From: an uncultured Prevotella sp.
GTDB lineage: Bacteria > Bacteroidota > Bacteroidia > Bacteroidales > Bacteroidaceae
NCBI GenBank assembly: GCA_964450065.1
Contig: CAYVGR010000001.1
Location: 1-54,483 of the forward strand
Length of the DNA: 54,483 nucleotides
Direction of reading: 5' to 3'
Shown here: one piece after another, positions 34,071 to 43,815 of the stretch
How the letters are laid out: each line of letters begins with the position of its first letter
How positions within the stretch are numbered: position 1 is the first letter of the stretch
The notes under the pieces: model-generated
What the model was told of the DNA's origin: nothing
What the model saw: the letters and a program-made list of their open reading frames with translations, nothing else
Database searches by the model: none
Made by a program: the position numbers and the translations under genes

Positions 34071-35050
34071 TGAATCAATTAAGAGTAAGAGATCGGGTAA
34101 TTAACACATCTGTAGAGAATATAGTAAATAGATCTAAAATAGAAGCAGCATCTATAGGAATAAATAAATTAAAACATATACGAGAAATAAGAGACTCTCT
34201 TCAAGTCACATGTCCTTTCCATAAAAATGGGCAAGAAAGAAAACCATCCTGTGGAATAGTATTAAAAGATACTACAAATAGTAGAGGAGAAAAAGTACCA
34301 GTAGGTACTTTTCACTGCTTTGCTTGCGGAATGAAAGGGCCATTAAGTAGATTTATATCAGGAGTCTTTAATGCTGAGACGGATGAGTTTGGAGAGAAAT
34401 GAATATTAGATAACTTCGACTCAGATGAATTTAAAAATACTAGAAATTTATTAAACTTACCATTGAGTACTAAAACAGAGACAGATAAAATAGAATATGT
34501 AACAGAGAGCGAATTAGCTAAGTACAGGTATTATCATCCATATATGTATGAAAGAAAACTAACCAATGAAATAATAGAGAAGTTCGATATAGGGTATGAT
34601 AAGGATACCGATTGTATAACATTCCCAGTTTATGATGAATTCGGAAGATGTGTATTTGTAGCAAGGAGATCAGTCAAAACTAAATACTTTAATTATCCAT
34701 CAGGTAGTAAAAAGCCTATTTATGGATTAGAAAAGATAGATAAAGACACAAATGCGGTATTAGTAGTAGAGTCATTTCTAAATGCATTAACAAGTTGAAT
34801 ATATGGGCAGCCCGCTGTAGCATTGATGGGTTTAGGTTCCGAAGATCAATATAATATTTTAAGACAAAGCAGCATAAAGAAATTTATATTAGCTTTCGAT
34901 GGAGATGAGCAAGGAGATAAAGGAAGAGAAGATTTTATAAAAGCTCTAAAACCATATAAGTTAATTAGCTATGTACGGGTACCAAGAGGTAAAGATATAA
35001 ATGATCTAACAAAAGAAGAATTTGATTCATTGCAGGAGTACTGAACTTAA
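34070..35050 (+). CDS. dnaG: DNA primase (CHC2 Zn finger + TOPRIM) (code 4)
   Basis: CPFH..E..PS..HCFAC; VVESFLNAL; AFDGDEQG; KDIND. Confidence 0.9.
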
Positions 35051-35144
35051 AATTAGAAGGTATATAAAATGTAAGACAATCCCTAAATAAGTTTTACACA
35101 TAAAAAACATAAAAAAAATAATAAAAGAAGGAGACCATAAAAAT

Positions 35145-35885
35145 ATGGCAAAAGAAGTTAAACCATTATCATGGGCAGAATTAAAGAAAATAGCAGAAAA
35201 TAGACAAGCAGGTGGAGGTACAGCATTCTTTGCGTTAAAAAATGACGGAGATAAAGCATTCGTTAGATTAATGCATGAGAATGTAGACAGTATCGAGGGA
35301 TTCTTCACACACTTGGTACAAGAAACTGGAAAGCAGTACAAAACAAGAGTAGCGTGCTTAAAGCATAATGGAAGCAATGGCTCATGTCCATTATGTGATT
35401 CAGGAGATAGACCAAGAGTAAGAATTTATCTACATATGCTAGAATATGAACTAGATGAGAACGGTAACTGGAAAACAGATGAGGCTGGGAATATTGTAGG
35501 TACACCAAAAGTATTCGATAGAGGAGATCAATTCACAAGCAAGATAGAGACAATTGCATCTAGAACACCTGTATTACATTCTAAGGTATTTGAGATCATT
35601 AGAACAGGAGCACGAGGAAGCACATCTACTGATTACAATTTCTGGCCAACAGATTATACTGCAGAAGAGCTACCATACACAGATGAGGATCTGAAATGGG
35701 AATCAGCTTATGGAACAATGTTAAAAGTTATGACAGCAGAAGAGCTAGAAGGATTAAATAATAAGCCAGCAGTAACGAAAAGAGAAATATCAGCAGGACC
35801 ATCAGCACCAGCAGCAGGGCCAGCAACACCTAGATCATTTGGATCAGCACCAGCAGGGTTCACTGCACCACCAAGACGTATTTAA
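35145..35885 (+). CDS. Single-stranded DNA-binding protein (gp32-like)
   Basis: FFALKNDGD..VR..H..C..CPLC..RTG..T.Y; position in replisome cluster. Confidence 0.75.
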   Translation: MAKEVKPLSWAELKKIAENRQAGGGTAFFALKNDGDKAFVRLMHENVDSIEGFFTHLVQETGKQYKTRVACLKHNGSNGSCPLCDSGDRPRVRIYLHMLEYELDENGNWKTDEAGNIVGTPKVFDRGDQFTSKIETIASRTPVLHSKVFEIIRTGARGSTSTDYNFWPTDYTAEELPYTDEDLKWESAYGTMLKVMTAEELEGLNNKPAVTKREISAGPSAPAAGPATPRSFGSAPAGFTAPPRRI

Positions 35886-35904
35886 TAGATAGGAGATAAT
35901 TTAA

Positions 35905-38280
35905 ATGAGTAAAAAATCTTTAATAGGATTACCTACAAGAAGGAACACAGAAGCATTAAAAATTAATGCATTATCTGCGACTAAAAAAAGAAAATCATTT
36001 AAATCAAATTCCATTCTAGATAAAATAAACGAAATATCTACAACAGTGCGTGCTTATTTAGGGAAGTACGCAAAAGATATTGAAGTTATACGAGATATAG
36101 ATACTTTTAATAAATATATAGACAAAGCTATAGAAAAAGGATATCTAGCGATAGATACCGAAACAGATGGGTTAGATGTAATTAATGATAAGATAGTAGG
36201 ATTATGCTTTTATGTTCCTGGACATAAGGCAGCTTATGTACCAGTAAGACATAAGAGTTATATAACAGGGACATATTTACCTAATCAGTTAAGTATTACG
36301 AATATAAAACCAGGATTAGATAGAATAAAAGAAAACAAAGTTAAAATAGTATACCATCACGGTAAATTTGATATGCGAGTAATATATAATAACTTTAAAG
36401 TAAAGTTAGGATGTTATTGAGATACTATGATCGGAGCAAAGATTATAAATCAGAACGAATCTGCTGCTTTAAAATTTCAACATGCTAAGTATGTAAACGA
36501 TGCGGAAAAAGAGTACGACTTTGGAACATTATTTAGAGGAATAGATTATAAATTAGTACCGATTGAAGTAGCAGCACTGTACGCAGCTTCAGATCCATTG
36601 ATAACATGGGAATTGCATGAACACCAAAAAAAGGTATTCAATCAACCTGGTAATGAGAATATGTATAAACTATTCAGAGATATAGAAACACCTTTAGTAG
36701 AAGTAGTAACAGATATGGAGAATACTGGGATTAGGTTTGATTTCGAATTAGCAGAAAGATTATCTAACAAGTATCATAAATTATTAGATAAAGCAGAAAA
36801 AGCAGTATATGCAGAAATTGATAAATATTCAGATCAGATAAGAACTTATAAAATAATGAATCCAGACCATAAACTATCAGATCCAATATTATTATCATCA
36901 CCAGCTCAATTAGCAACATTATTTTATGACATATTAAAATTAGAGTCACCAGATAGTAGAAAACCAAGAGGAACCGGCGAGGATATAATCAAAGGATTAA
37001 ACCTACCGATGGCATCAGCATTATTAGAGTATAGGGGAATACAGAAACTATTAACTACTTATATAGACAAGTTACCTAACTCAGCTAATAAAGCTACAGG
37101 AAGAATCCATGCATCATTTAATCAAGTGGGAGCAGATACTGGAAGATTTAGTAGCAGTGATCCTAATTTACAGAACATACCTTCTTATAATAAAGAAATA
37201 AGACTATTATTTAGAGCAAGTGAGGGACATAAATTAGTAGCATCTGACTTCTCTCAACAGGAACCTAGAGTATTAGCACATTTCAGTGGAGATGAGCATA
37301 TGATAGATGCATATAATAAAGGACAGGATTTATATGCAACAGTAGCTTCTAGAATATATGGTAGACCATATAATGAATGCTTAGCTAGATATCCAGATGG
37401 GTCACCAAATCCAGAAGGAGCGAGATTAAGAGAGAATACAAAATCTATTGTATTAGGACTAATGTATGGAAGAGGACCTAGATCTATAGCAGAGCAGACT
37501 GGCCAGACGTTAGAAGAAGCACAGCAAACAATTAATACATTCTATCAAGGATTTCCTAAAGTGAGGCAGTGGATGGATGATACAGTCACATTTGCAAAAA
37601 AATATGGATACGCTGAAACATTATGGGGAAGAAGAAGATACATACCAGACATTCAGTTAAAGAAATATGAGCTTACTTTAGAATCAGGTAATAGACCAGT
37701 TAATTTTAATCCTTTATTTGGATTTGAAACAGTTAAAGATGATAGTCAAGAGAAGTTAGAGTACTTTGAAACAGCTTTAAATAACGCGAGATACTTCAAC
37801 GATAGGATCAGATTGAAACAAGAAGCAGAAAATAATGGTATAAAAGTAAAAGACAATAATGGGTTTATAGCAGAGGGAGAAAGACAAGCAGTTAATAGTA
37901 GGATACAAGGAAGCTCTGCAGATATGTCAAAAAGAGCTATGTTACTAATAGCTAAAGATGAAAGAATGAAAGAAATGGGATTCAGATTACTTTTAGCTGT
38001 ACATGATGAGTTAATTGGAGAAGTCCCAGAAGAGCATGCAGAAGAAGCAGCTCAAAGGTTAAGTGATCTAATGATAGAGTCAGCTTTACCAGAATGCTCT
38101 GTAGCAATGAAGTGTGATGCAGAGATAACAAGATGTTGGTATGAAGGCGATTATATCAACTATATAAGAGACGAATATAAGAAGAGTAATGATATAGAAG
38201 AAGTTATTTATAATCACGAAGAAATAGACAGAGAAATAATAATAGATATACTTCAAAATAATAGAAATACTTTATTTTAA
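35905..38280 (+). CDS. polA: Family A DNA polymerase with 3'-5' exonuclease (code 4)
   Basis: DTETDGL, KFD, Y[W]DTMI, TGRFSSSDPNLQNIP, DFSQQEPR, KSIVLGLMYG, IQGSSAD, VHDEL. Confidence 0.95.
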
Positions 38281-38283
38281 AAA

Positions 38284-38320
38284 TATAGAGTTTAGTAGAT
38301 AACCTCTATAAAAAAACTAC
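38284..38320 (+). promoter_or_regulatory. preQ1 class I riboswitch aptamer
   Basis: P1 TATAGAG/CTCTATA, loop UUUAGUAGAUAAC, A-tract, then CUAC pairing with loop GUAG; same architecture as the B. subtilis queC aptamer; upstream of yhhQ. Confidence 0.8.
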
Positions 38321-38352
38321 TTAAGTATATATTTAGCTATCGAATATATACA

Positions 38353-38398
38353 GCGGAGTTCGATCTCGAAATCCTCCGCAAATAAAAAAAATAAGGAG
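38353..38398 (+). promoter_or_regulatory. Second preQ1-I-like aptamer overlapping the yhhQ RBS
   Basis: P1 GCGGAG/CTCCGC, loop UUCG..AUC, A-tract ending in UAAGGAG. Confidence 0.55.
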
Positions 38399-38405
38399 AA
38401 TTTAC

Positions 38406-39215
38406 ATGGGTAAATTAAAAAACTTTCTGAAAAGAAAAATAGAAGAGAAAAAATTATCTCTTTCACAATTAACAACAGCTAGCATATTATTAGGTATGGT
38501 AGCAATATATATTACAAGCGTAATATTATATAATATTTTCGAATACAAGTTTTTCGAATTCACAACATTGGGATGGAGTATATTAGGTAATCCAATAATA
38601 ATAGGAATGGGAGCAGGGACACTAATATCTTGGATATCCTTCTTATTAATGGACGTTATTACGGAAGTATGGGGGAAGAAAAAAGCAATTAGCATATTTA
38701 CAATGGCGATGATTATTAGTGTAGTAACATCATTATTTGGATTGATAATAGTTAACGTGGGAACAGATTCTTACGGAAGTGCTATTGAGCTTATTTTCGG
38801 CACGCATATAAGAGTAACCTTAGCTTCAGCTTTTGCTTTTTGGGTAGGTAACTACGTAAATGCAGTAATAATGCACGTGATGAAAGTAAGAGCAGAAGAT
38901 CAGGGCGAAGGGTATAATGGAAAATTATTCGCACTAAGAGCTACAACATCAACATTATTTGGACAGTTTGTAGACAACGCACTATTCCAGATTTTAGGCT
39001 TAGCACCTTTTGGGGTAGGGTATATGTTAGCATCACCTTTTGGGTGGACATGGGGAATGGTATTTGGATCAATTATAGTAGGAACAATATTAGAGTTTTT
39101 GTTAGAAGCTGTATTAGTTCCACTAGTGACTATACCTTTATCTAATGTATTGAAAAGAAAGAAAGAAAAAGAAGATAATGATAACTTCTTACAACCGCAA
39201 ATAGAAACTGAATAA
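38406..39215 (+). CDS. yhhQ: Queuosine precursor transporter (YhhQ/VUT family)
   Basis: FLLMDVITEVWGKKKA, R..LAS..AF..G..N, R...ST..GQ.VD..LF; multiple TM helices. Confidence 0.9.
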   Translation: MGKLKNFLKRKIEEKKLSLSQLTTASILLGMVAIYITSVILYNIFEYKFFEFTTLGWSILGNPIIIGMGAGTLISWISFLLMDVITEVWGKKKAISIFTMAMIISVVTSLFGLIIVNVGTDSYGSAIELIFGTHIRVTLASAFAFWVGNYVNAVIMHVMKVRAEDQGEGYNGKLFALRATTSTLFGQFVDNALFQILGLAPFGVGYMLASPFGWTWGMVFGSIIVGTILEFLLEAVLVPLVTIPLSNVLKRKKEKEDNDNFLQPQIETE

Positions 39216-39229
39216 GAGAGAAAAAGATA

Positions 39230-39874
39230 ATGAAAATATTAATAACAGGAACAAGCTTAGGTATAGGCAAAGGTATAGCAGATAAATTTCTAGAGCAGGG
39301 ACATAAAGTATACGGAATTGATAGATTAGATAGCACTATCGATAACGATAATTATGTACATATCAAACAAGATATAAGATCTAAAGATTTACCGGAGTTA
39401 CCAGATATAGATATACTTATAAACAATGCAGGAACTCAAAACGAAGATGATATAGATATCAACTTAAGAGGAACTATAAATATAACAGAGAAATATGGAA
39501 TACATTCCAATATAAAATCAATTTTATTTATAGCTTCAGCTTCAGCTCAAACAGGAGCAGAGTTTCCAGAATATGCAGCAAGTAAAGGCGGAATGGTTGC
39601 TTATATGAAAAATGTAGCATTAAGAATAGCGGAATATGGAGCTACATCTAATAGCTTATCTCCAGGTGGGGTAACTACAGATTTAAATAAACATATTATC
39701 GAAACACCTGAATTGTGGGAATCAGTTATGTCAGAAACATTACTACCTAAATGGGCGAATGTAGAAGAGATAGCAGAATGGGCATATTTTACAACCGTTA
39801 TTAATAAATCAATGACTGCTCAAGATATTCTTATAGATAATGGAGAAGCAGCCAAATCTAATTTTATTTGGTAA
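39230..39874 (+). CDS. Short-chain dehydrogenase/reductase
   Basis: TGTSLGIG, NNAG, S..YAASK, SPGGV.T. Confidence 0.92.
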   Translation: MKILITGTSLGIGKGIADKFLEQGHKVYGIDRLDSTIDNDNYVHIKQDIRSKDLPELPDIDILINNAGTQNEDDIDINLRGTINITEKYGIHSNIKSILFIASASAQTGAEFPEYAASKGGMVAYMKNVALRIAEYGATSNSLSPGGVTTDLNKHIIETPELWESVMSETLLPKWANVEEIAEWAYFTTVINKSMTAQDILIDNGEAAKSNFIW

Positions 39875-39880
39875 TGGTAG

Positions 39881-39907
39881 AGGGCAGAGATAAGATCTCT
39901 GTCTTTT
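39881..39907 (+). terminator. Intrinsic terminator-like hairpin after SDR
   Basis: AGGGCAGAGA-TAAGA-TCTCTGTCTTTT. Confidence 0.6.
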
Positions 39908-39934
39908 ACTTAATAAAGAACAAAGGAGAAATAA

Positions 39935-40165
39935 ATGTTACCGTACTTAGGATATATAGCATCAGTAGTAGTTTTAATATCATTTATACTAAAGGACATT
40001 ATATGGATTAGAGCAGTTAATTTTATAGGCTGCGTATTATTTGTATTATATGGTATTTTCTTTTTAGGGGATATGGCTACAGTTTTCCTGAATTCCAGTG
40101 TTGGGATTATTCAGGTATATTATATAGCAACAATTTTAAACAAAAAACAAAATAAAGAGGAATAG
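39935..40165 (+). CDS. Small 3-TM membrane protein (YgjV-like)
   Basis: GYIASVVVLISF.LK....IR.VN.IG..LF..YG. Confidence 0.7.
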   Translation: MLPYLGYIASVVVLISFILKDIIWIRAVNFIGCVLFVLYGIFFLGDMATVFLNSSVGIIQVYYIATILNKKQNKEE

Positions 40166-40618
40166 ATGTATAAGATAGAATTTGCAAAAGAAAGCGATTT
40201 CGATAAAATATATGCTTTATTTGGAAAGAATACAGACCTACTAGGACGACCATTTCCTGCTGCTATTAGAGAAGCTCTAAAATTAAATAAAGTTTTAATA
40301 GTACGTGGAGAAGAGCAAGACTCTTGCTTCGGCTTCTGTAATTTTAATGTACTTAAAAGAGAGTTTAGGACGACAGTATATGAGATAGCAGTAGATGAAG
40401 CAGCTAGAGGGCATGGACTAGGGCGTAGAATGATTGAATTCTTAGAGGAAAAATATAAGAGACCTATTCAAGCTAAATGCGTTAAAGGCTCACCTGCTGA
40501 GCTCTTTTGGGAGAGAGTGGCAGAGTTAATAAAATATGAAAAAGGCAAGAAAAGAGAACTATCAGTTTTCTTAACAAAGAAGTATAGAAAAGAGATAAAG
40601 AAAAGGAGTTTGATATAA
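40166..40618 (+). CDS. GNAT acetyltransferase
   Basis: IAVDEAARGHGLGRRM acetyl-CoA-binding motif; A..FW. Confidence 0.88.
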   Translation: MYKIEFAKESDFDKIYALFGKNTDLLGRPFPAAIREALKLNKVLIVRGEEQDSCFGFCNFNVLKREFRTTVYEIAVDEAARGHGLGRRMIEFLEEKYKRPIQAKCVKGSPAELFWERVAELIKYEKGKKRELSVFLTKKYRKEIKKRSLI

Positions 40619-41544
40619 TGATAGATTTATATTTTGCAGGATCTGGAACTAAGGAAGCAGCAGATAGAATTAGGGAAAGAAATTGCAATCAATTATTAAG
40701 TCAGCTGAATGAGCGTAAAAAAGTATTAGAATGGGTTCAATATTTAAAAGATAACCCACAATGTACAAGTAAATTATTTATAGATTCAGGAGCATTCTCA
40801 GCACATACAAAAGGAAAAGAAGTAGACGTAGATGAATATATAGAGCTTTTAAATGAGATAGATGAACAAGTATATATATTTGCTCAAGTTGATAAGATAC
40901 CAGGGGAGTTTGGAAAACCAAAAACAAGAGAGCAATTAGAAGATGCTCCGAGAGAGTCATGGGAAAATTACTTATATATGAAAGATAGGGTAAAATCAAG
41001 AGATAAATTGTTACCAGTATTCCACCAAGGGGAAGATTTCAAGTGGTTAGAGAATATGCTAGAGTATAGACATGAGGATGGATCACCTATATGGTATATA
41101 GGAATTTCACCAGCTAATGATGTATCAACAACCATGAAAGCAAAATGGCTACAGAAAGTTTTCAGGACAATTAAATATTCAAGCAACCCAGGAGTAAAAA
41201 CACATTCCTTTGGAATGACATCATTACACTTATTAGAAACATTCCCATTCACTTCAGCAGACTCAACAAGTTGGATATTAACTGGAGCAAATGGAAGTAT
41301 TATGACTAAATATGGAACAGTAACTGTTTCAGATAGGCAATTACAAAGACCTGAGCATATATATAATAAATCAACTCAATTACAGAATGTGATTAGAGAC
41401 GCAGTGCTAGAAACAGGATATGATTTAGACGATCTAGTTAAAGATGGAAATAAGAGAACTCTATATCATGTAGATTATTTAAAAGACTGGTGTGATTCTT
41501 ACCAATTTAAAGGATTAAATACATATAAAAAATCATTAATATAA
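40618..41544 (+). CDS. TGT-fold base-exchange enzyme (DpdA-like candidate)
   Basis: LYFAG, FIDSGAFS, D.IPG, LPVFHQGE, HSFG, SADSTSW. Confidence 0.75.
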   Translation: MIDLYFAGSGTKEAADRIRERNCNQLLSQLNERKKVLEWVQYLKDNPQCTSKLFIDSGAFSAHTKGKEVDVDEYIELLNEIDEQVYIFAQVDKIPGEFGKPKTREQLEDAPRESWENYLYMKDRVKSRDKLLPVFHQGEDFKWLENMLEYRHEDGSPIWYIGISPANDVSTTMKAKWLQKVFRTIKYSSNPGVKTHSFGMTSLHLLETFPFTSADSTSWILTGANGSIMTKYGTVTVSDRQLQRPEHIYNKSTQLQNVIRDAVLETGYDLDDLVKDGNKRTLYHVDYLKDWCDSYQFKGLNTYKKSLI

Positions 41545-41557
41545 AGGAAGATAAAAT

Positions 41558-42754
41558 ATGAAAGTAATATTAAATACAGATAAATTTAAAAATCTTACAG
41601 GAAGGGTAGTAAAAGGGGCAGGTAATCAAAACGATGCTTTAATTACATCATCTGTAACAGTGGAAGTAAAAGATAAAACATTATCATTAATGACAACTGC
41701 AGGTAATCATACAATGAAAGTATGGTTAAATGATGCAACAAAAGAAGAAGTAAATTTCGCAACAAGTTTGAATGCGGATAAATTAACAAGATTGACAAGA
41801 TTAACAACAGTAGATAAGATTACATTATTTAGCAAAGATGAGGATATTATATTCGAAGGAAATGGGGTATATACATTAGCACAACTATTAGATGAGGAAG
41901 GAAACTTAGCTAGAGTACCAGAATTAGAATATGATGAAGATACATTAGAATTAGAGTTAACTGTACCTACAAAGATATTGAAAAAAGCCCTAAACTTTAA
42001 TAAATTAAGTGTAGGATTAAACGTAGATGTAGCAAGTTATGGATCAGCATATTACCTTACCAATGAGCATGTATTGACATATGATGATGTCACATCCGTT
42101 ATGACAAAAGGTAAAATGACAGATAAACCATTTAAGTTGTTGATTAATTCAGAGGTTATGGATCTTATCGAAAACATACAATCAGAGAACACAAAGATTA
42201 AAGTATATAAGAATGTAGTTAAATTTATCGGAGATGATATTGAACTAACAGCTTTGGTTAATGATAGAGTTAGCTTATTCCCAGAGGAAGCATTATTAAA
42301 TACATATTCAAGTGATTACGATTATTTATTTACAGTAAGTAGATCAGATATATTAGAAGCATTAGATAGGTTATCGATATTCTTAGAAATTGGTGAAAAG
42401 AATAAAATTACAATGATATTCAATGATGATCAATTATTACTAAGCTCTAATAGTAAGACAGGGAATGAGATGCTATACTCTAAAGAAGTAATAGCTTCCG
42501 AAAACCCATATATACAAGCAGTAGATTTACTAGACTTAAAAAGACATATCACATCACACTCAGGTGAGACTATTAAACTAAGATATGGTAATGATAGAGG
42601 GTTATTAATAGAGAATAATGAAGTTACTCATCTATTACCTTACTACGATTCAGAGGAAGATGAAGAAGATATAAATATTGATATAGAAGAAAGAGAAGAA
42701 AGCACCTTACCAGAAGAGTATATGGAAGATACTATTCCATTTGAAATTAATTAA
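41558..42754 (+). CDS. dnaN: DNA sliding clamp (DnaN/beta-like) with acidic tail
   Basis: Three-domain beta-clamp pattern: MKVILN..VEVKDKTLSL.T; FTVSRSDILEALDRLS; HLLP. Confidence 0.8.
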   Translation: MKVILNTDKFKNLTGRVVKGAGNQNDALITSSVTVEVKDKTLSLMTTAGNHTMKVWLNDATKEEVNFATSLNADKLTRLTRLTTVDKITLFSKDEDIIFEGNGVYTLAQLLDEEGNLARVPELEYDEDTLELELTVPTKILKKALNFNKLSVGLNVDVASYGSAYYLTNEHVLTYDDVTSVMTKGKMTDKPFKLLINSEVMDLIENIQSENTKIKVYKNVVKFIGDDIELTALVNDRVSLFPEEALLNTYSSDYDYLFTVSRSDILEALDRLSIFLEIGEKNKITMIFNDDQLLLSSNSKTGNEMLYSKEVIASENPYIQAVDLLDLKRHITSHSGETIKLRYGNDRGLLIENNEVTHLLPYYDSEEDEEDINIDIEEREESTLPEEYMEDTIPFEIN

Positions 42755-43248
42755 TGTCAAATAAAGTAGAGAAGAAAAAAAGAGATAATTTAGGAAAAAG
42801 ATTCGAAATTAGGTTCTTAAAAGATTTTTCCAAGATAGAAAATATATCAATAGATAGATTAAAAGACCCGATGGGTATGTATCGAAATGTTAAGAATATA
42901 TGTGACTTTATAGCATATAAGTATCCGTATATATATTACATAGAGACGAAATCAAAGAAAGGGAATACATACCCTCTCTCTTCTCTAACTCAATACGATG
43001 ATCTAATAGAGAAGAAAGGAATAAAAGGAATAGCTAAAGTAGTTATAATCTGATTTAGGGATCATGATAAAGTAGTAGCTATACCAATAGAAGAAATAGA
43101 AAGGTTAAAAGAGTTAGATTATAAATCAATAAATGTTAAAATGATTGGAAAAGAAGAATATAATATAATAGAGATACCGATTCAAATGAAGAGGGATCTA
43201 CCTTATGGGGATTATAATATTATAATAGAAAATAAAAAATTATTTTAG
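42754..43248 (+). CDS. RecU-like Holliday junction resolvase (code 4)
   Basis: GKRFE..CDF..YIETKS..QY..L..II[W]F..KSI. Confidence 0.7.
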
Positions 43249-43263
43249 ATAGGAAAATAAACA

Positions 43264-43815
43264 ATGCGAGAATTCGAAGAAGATAAAATTAAAGCAGCGC
43301 TACAGGCAGTGAATACAAATAGCACTTATGTAGAGAATATAGTAAATGATCTAGTTAAGAAATACACTTCAGAATTAGATGAGGTATTAGATAATATAAA
43401 GATTATATTACAGGATGCAGATAATCCACCAACTAATGCGGAATTAGATAGTATGGCTCTCAGAATACCTGTAGTATTATATTTCATGACAGATGCTCAA
43501 GAACTAGTAGGGATATATGAAGATGTATCTAAAGCTATTAAAGACGACGCGTATTACAATGTACATATGCAAGCAACTGGCACAATGGCTGAGAAGCAAA
43601 CACAAGCTCAATTAGCAGTCATGTATGAAACAATCTTAAACAATACATACTCTAGGGTATACAAAATTATACAGCAAAAAACAAAAGCAGGGTATGAATT
43701 ATTAGCATCTATAAAGAGAGTAATGTATAATAGGTCTAATGATGCTAATTTATCAAATAATAGTTTTGCAAATAGAATAACACCTACATACAGTAGAGGA
43801 GAAATAGATGAGTAA
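43264..43815 (+). CDS. Helical protein, possible recombination mediator (UvsY-like)
   Basis: All-helical; overlaps recA start; function inferred from synteny only. Confidence 0.35.
   Translation: MREFEEDKIKAALQAVNTNSTYVENIVNDLVKKYTSELDEVLDNIKIILQDADNPPTNAELDSMALRIPVVLYFMTDAQELVGIYEDVSKAIKDDAYYNVHMQATGTMAEKQTQAQLAVMYETILNNTYSRVYKIIQQKTKAGYELLASIKRVMYNRSNDANLSNNSFANRITPTYSRGEIDE

Noticed and set aside
40618-41544. Canonical bacterial tRNA-guanine transglycosylase (tgt)
   Set aside because: Lacks the C-terminal CxCxxC..H Zn site and the DSGGFQ signature; no gene symbol given, and the DNA substrate remains an inference
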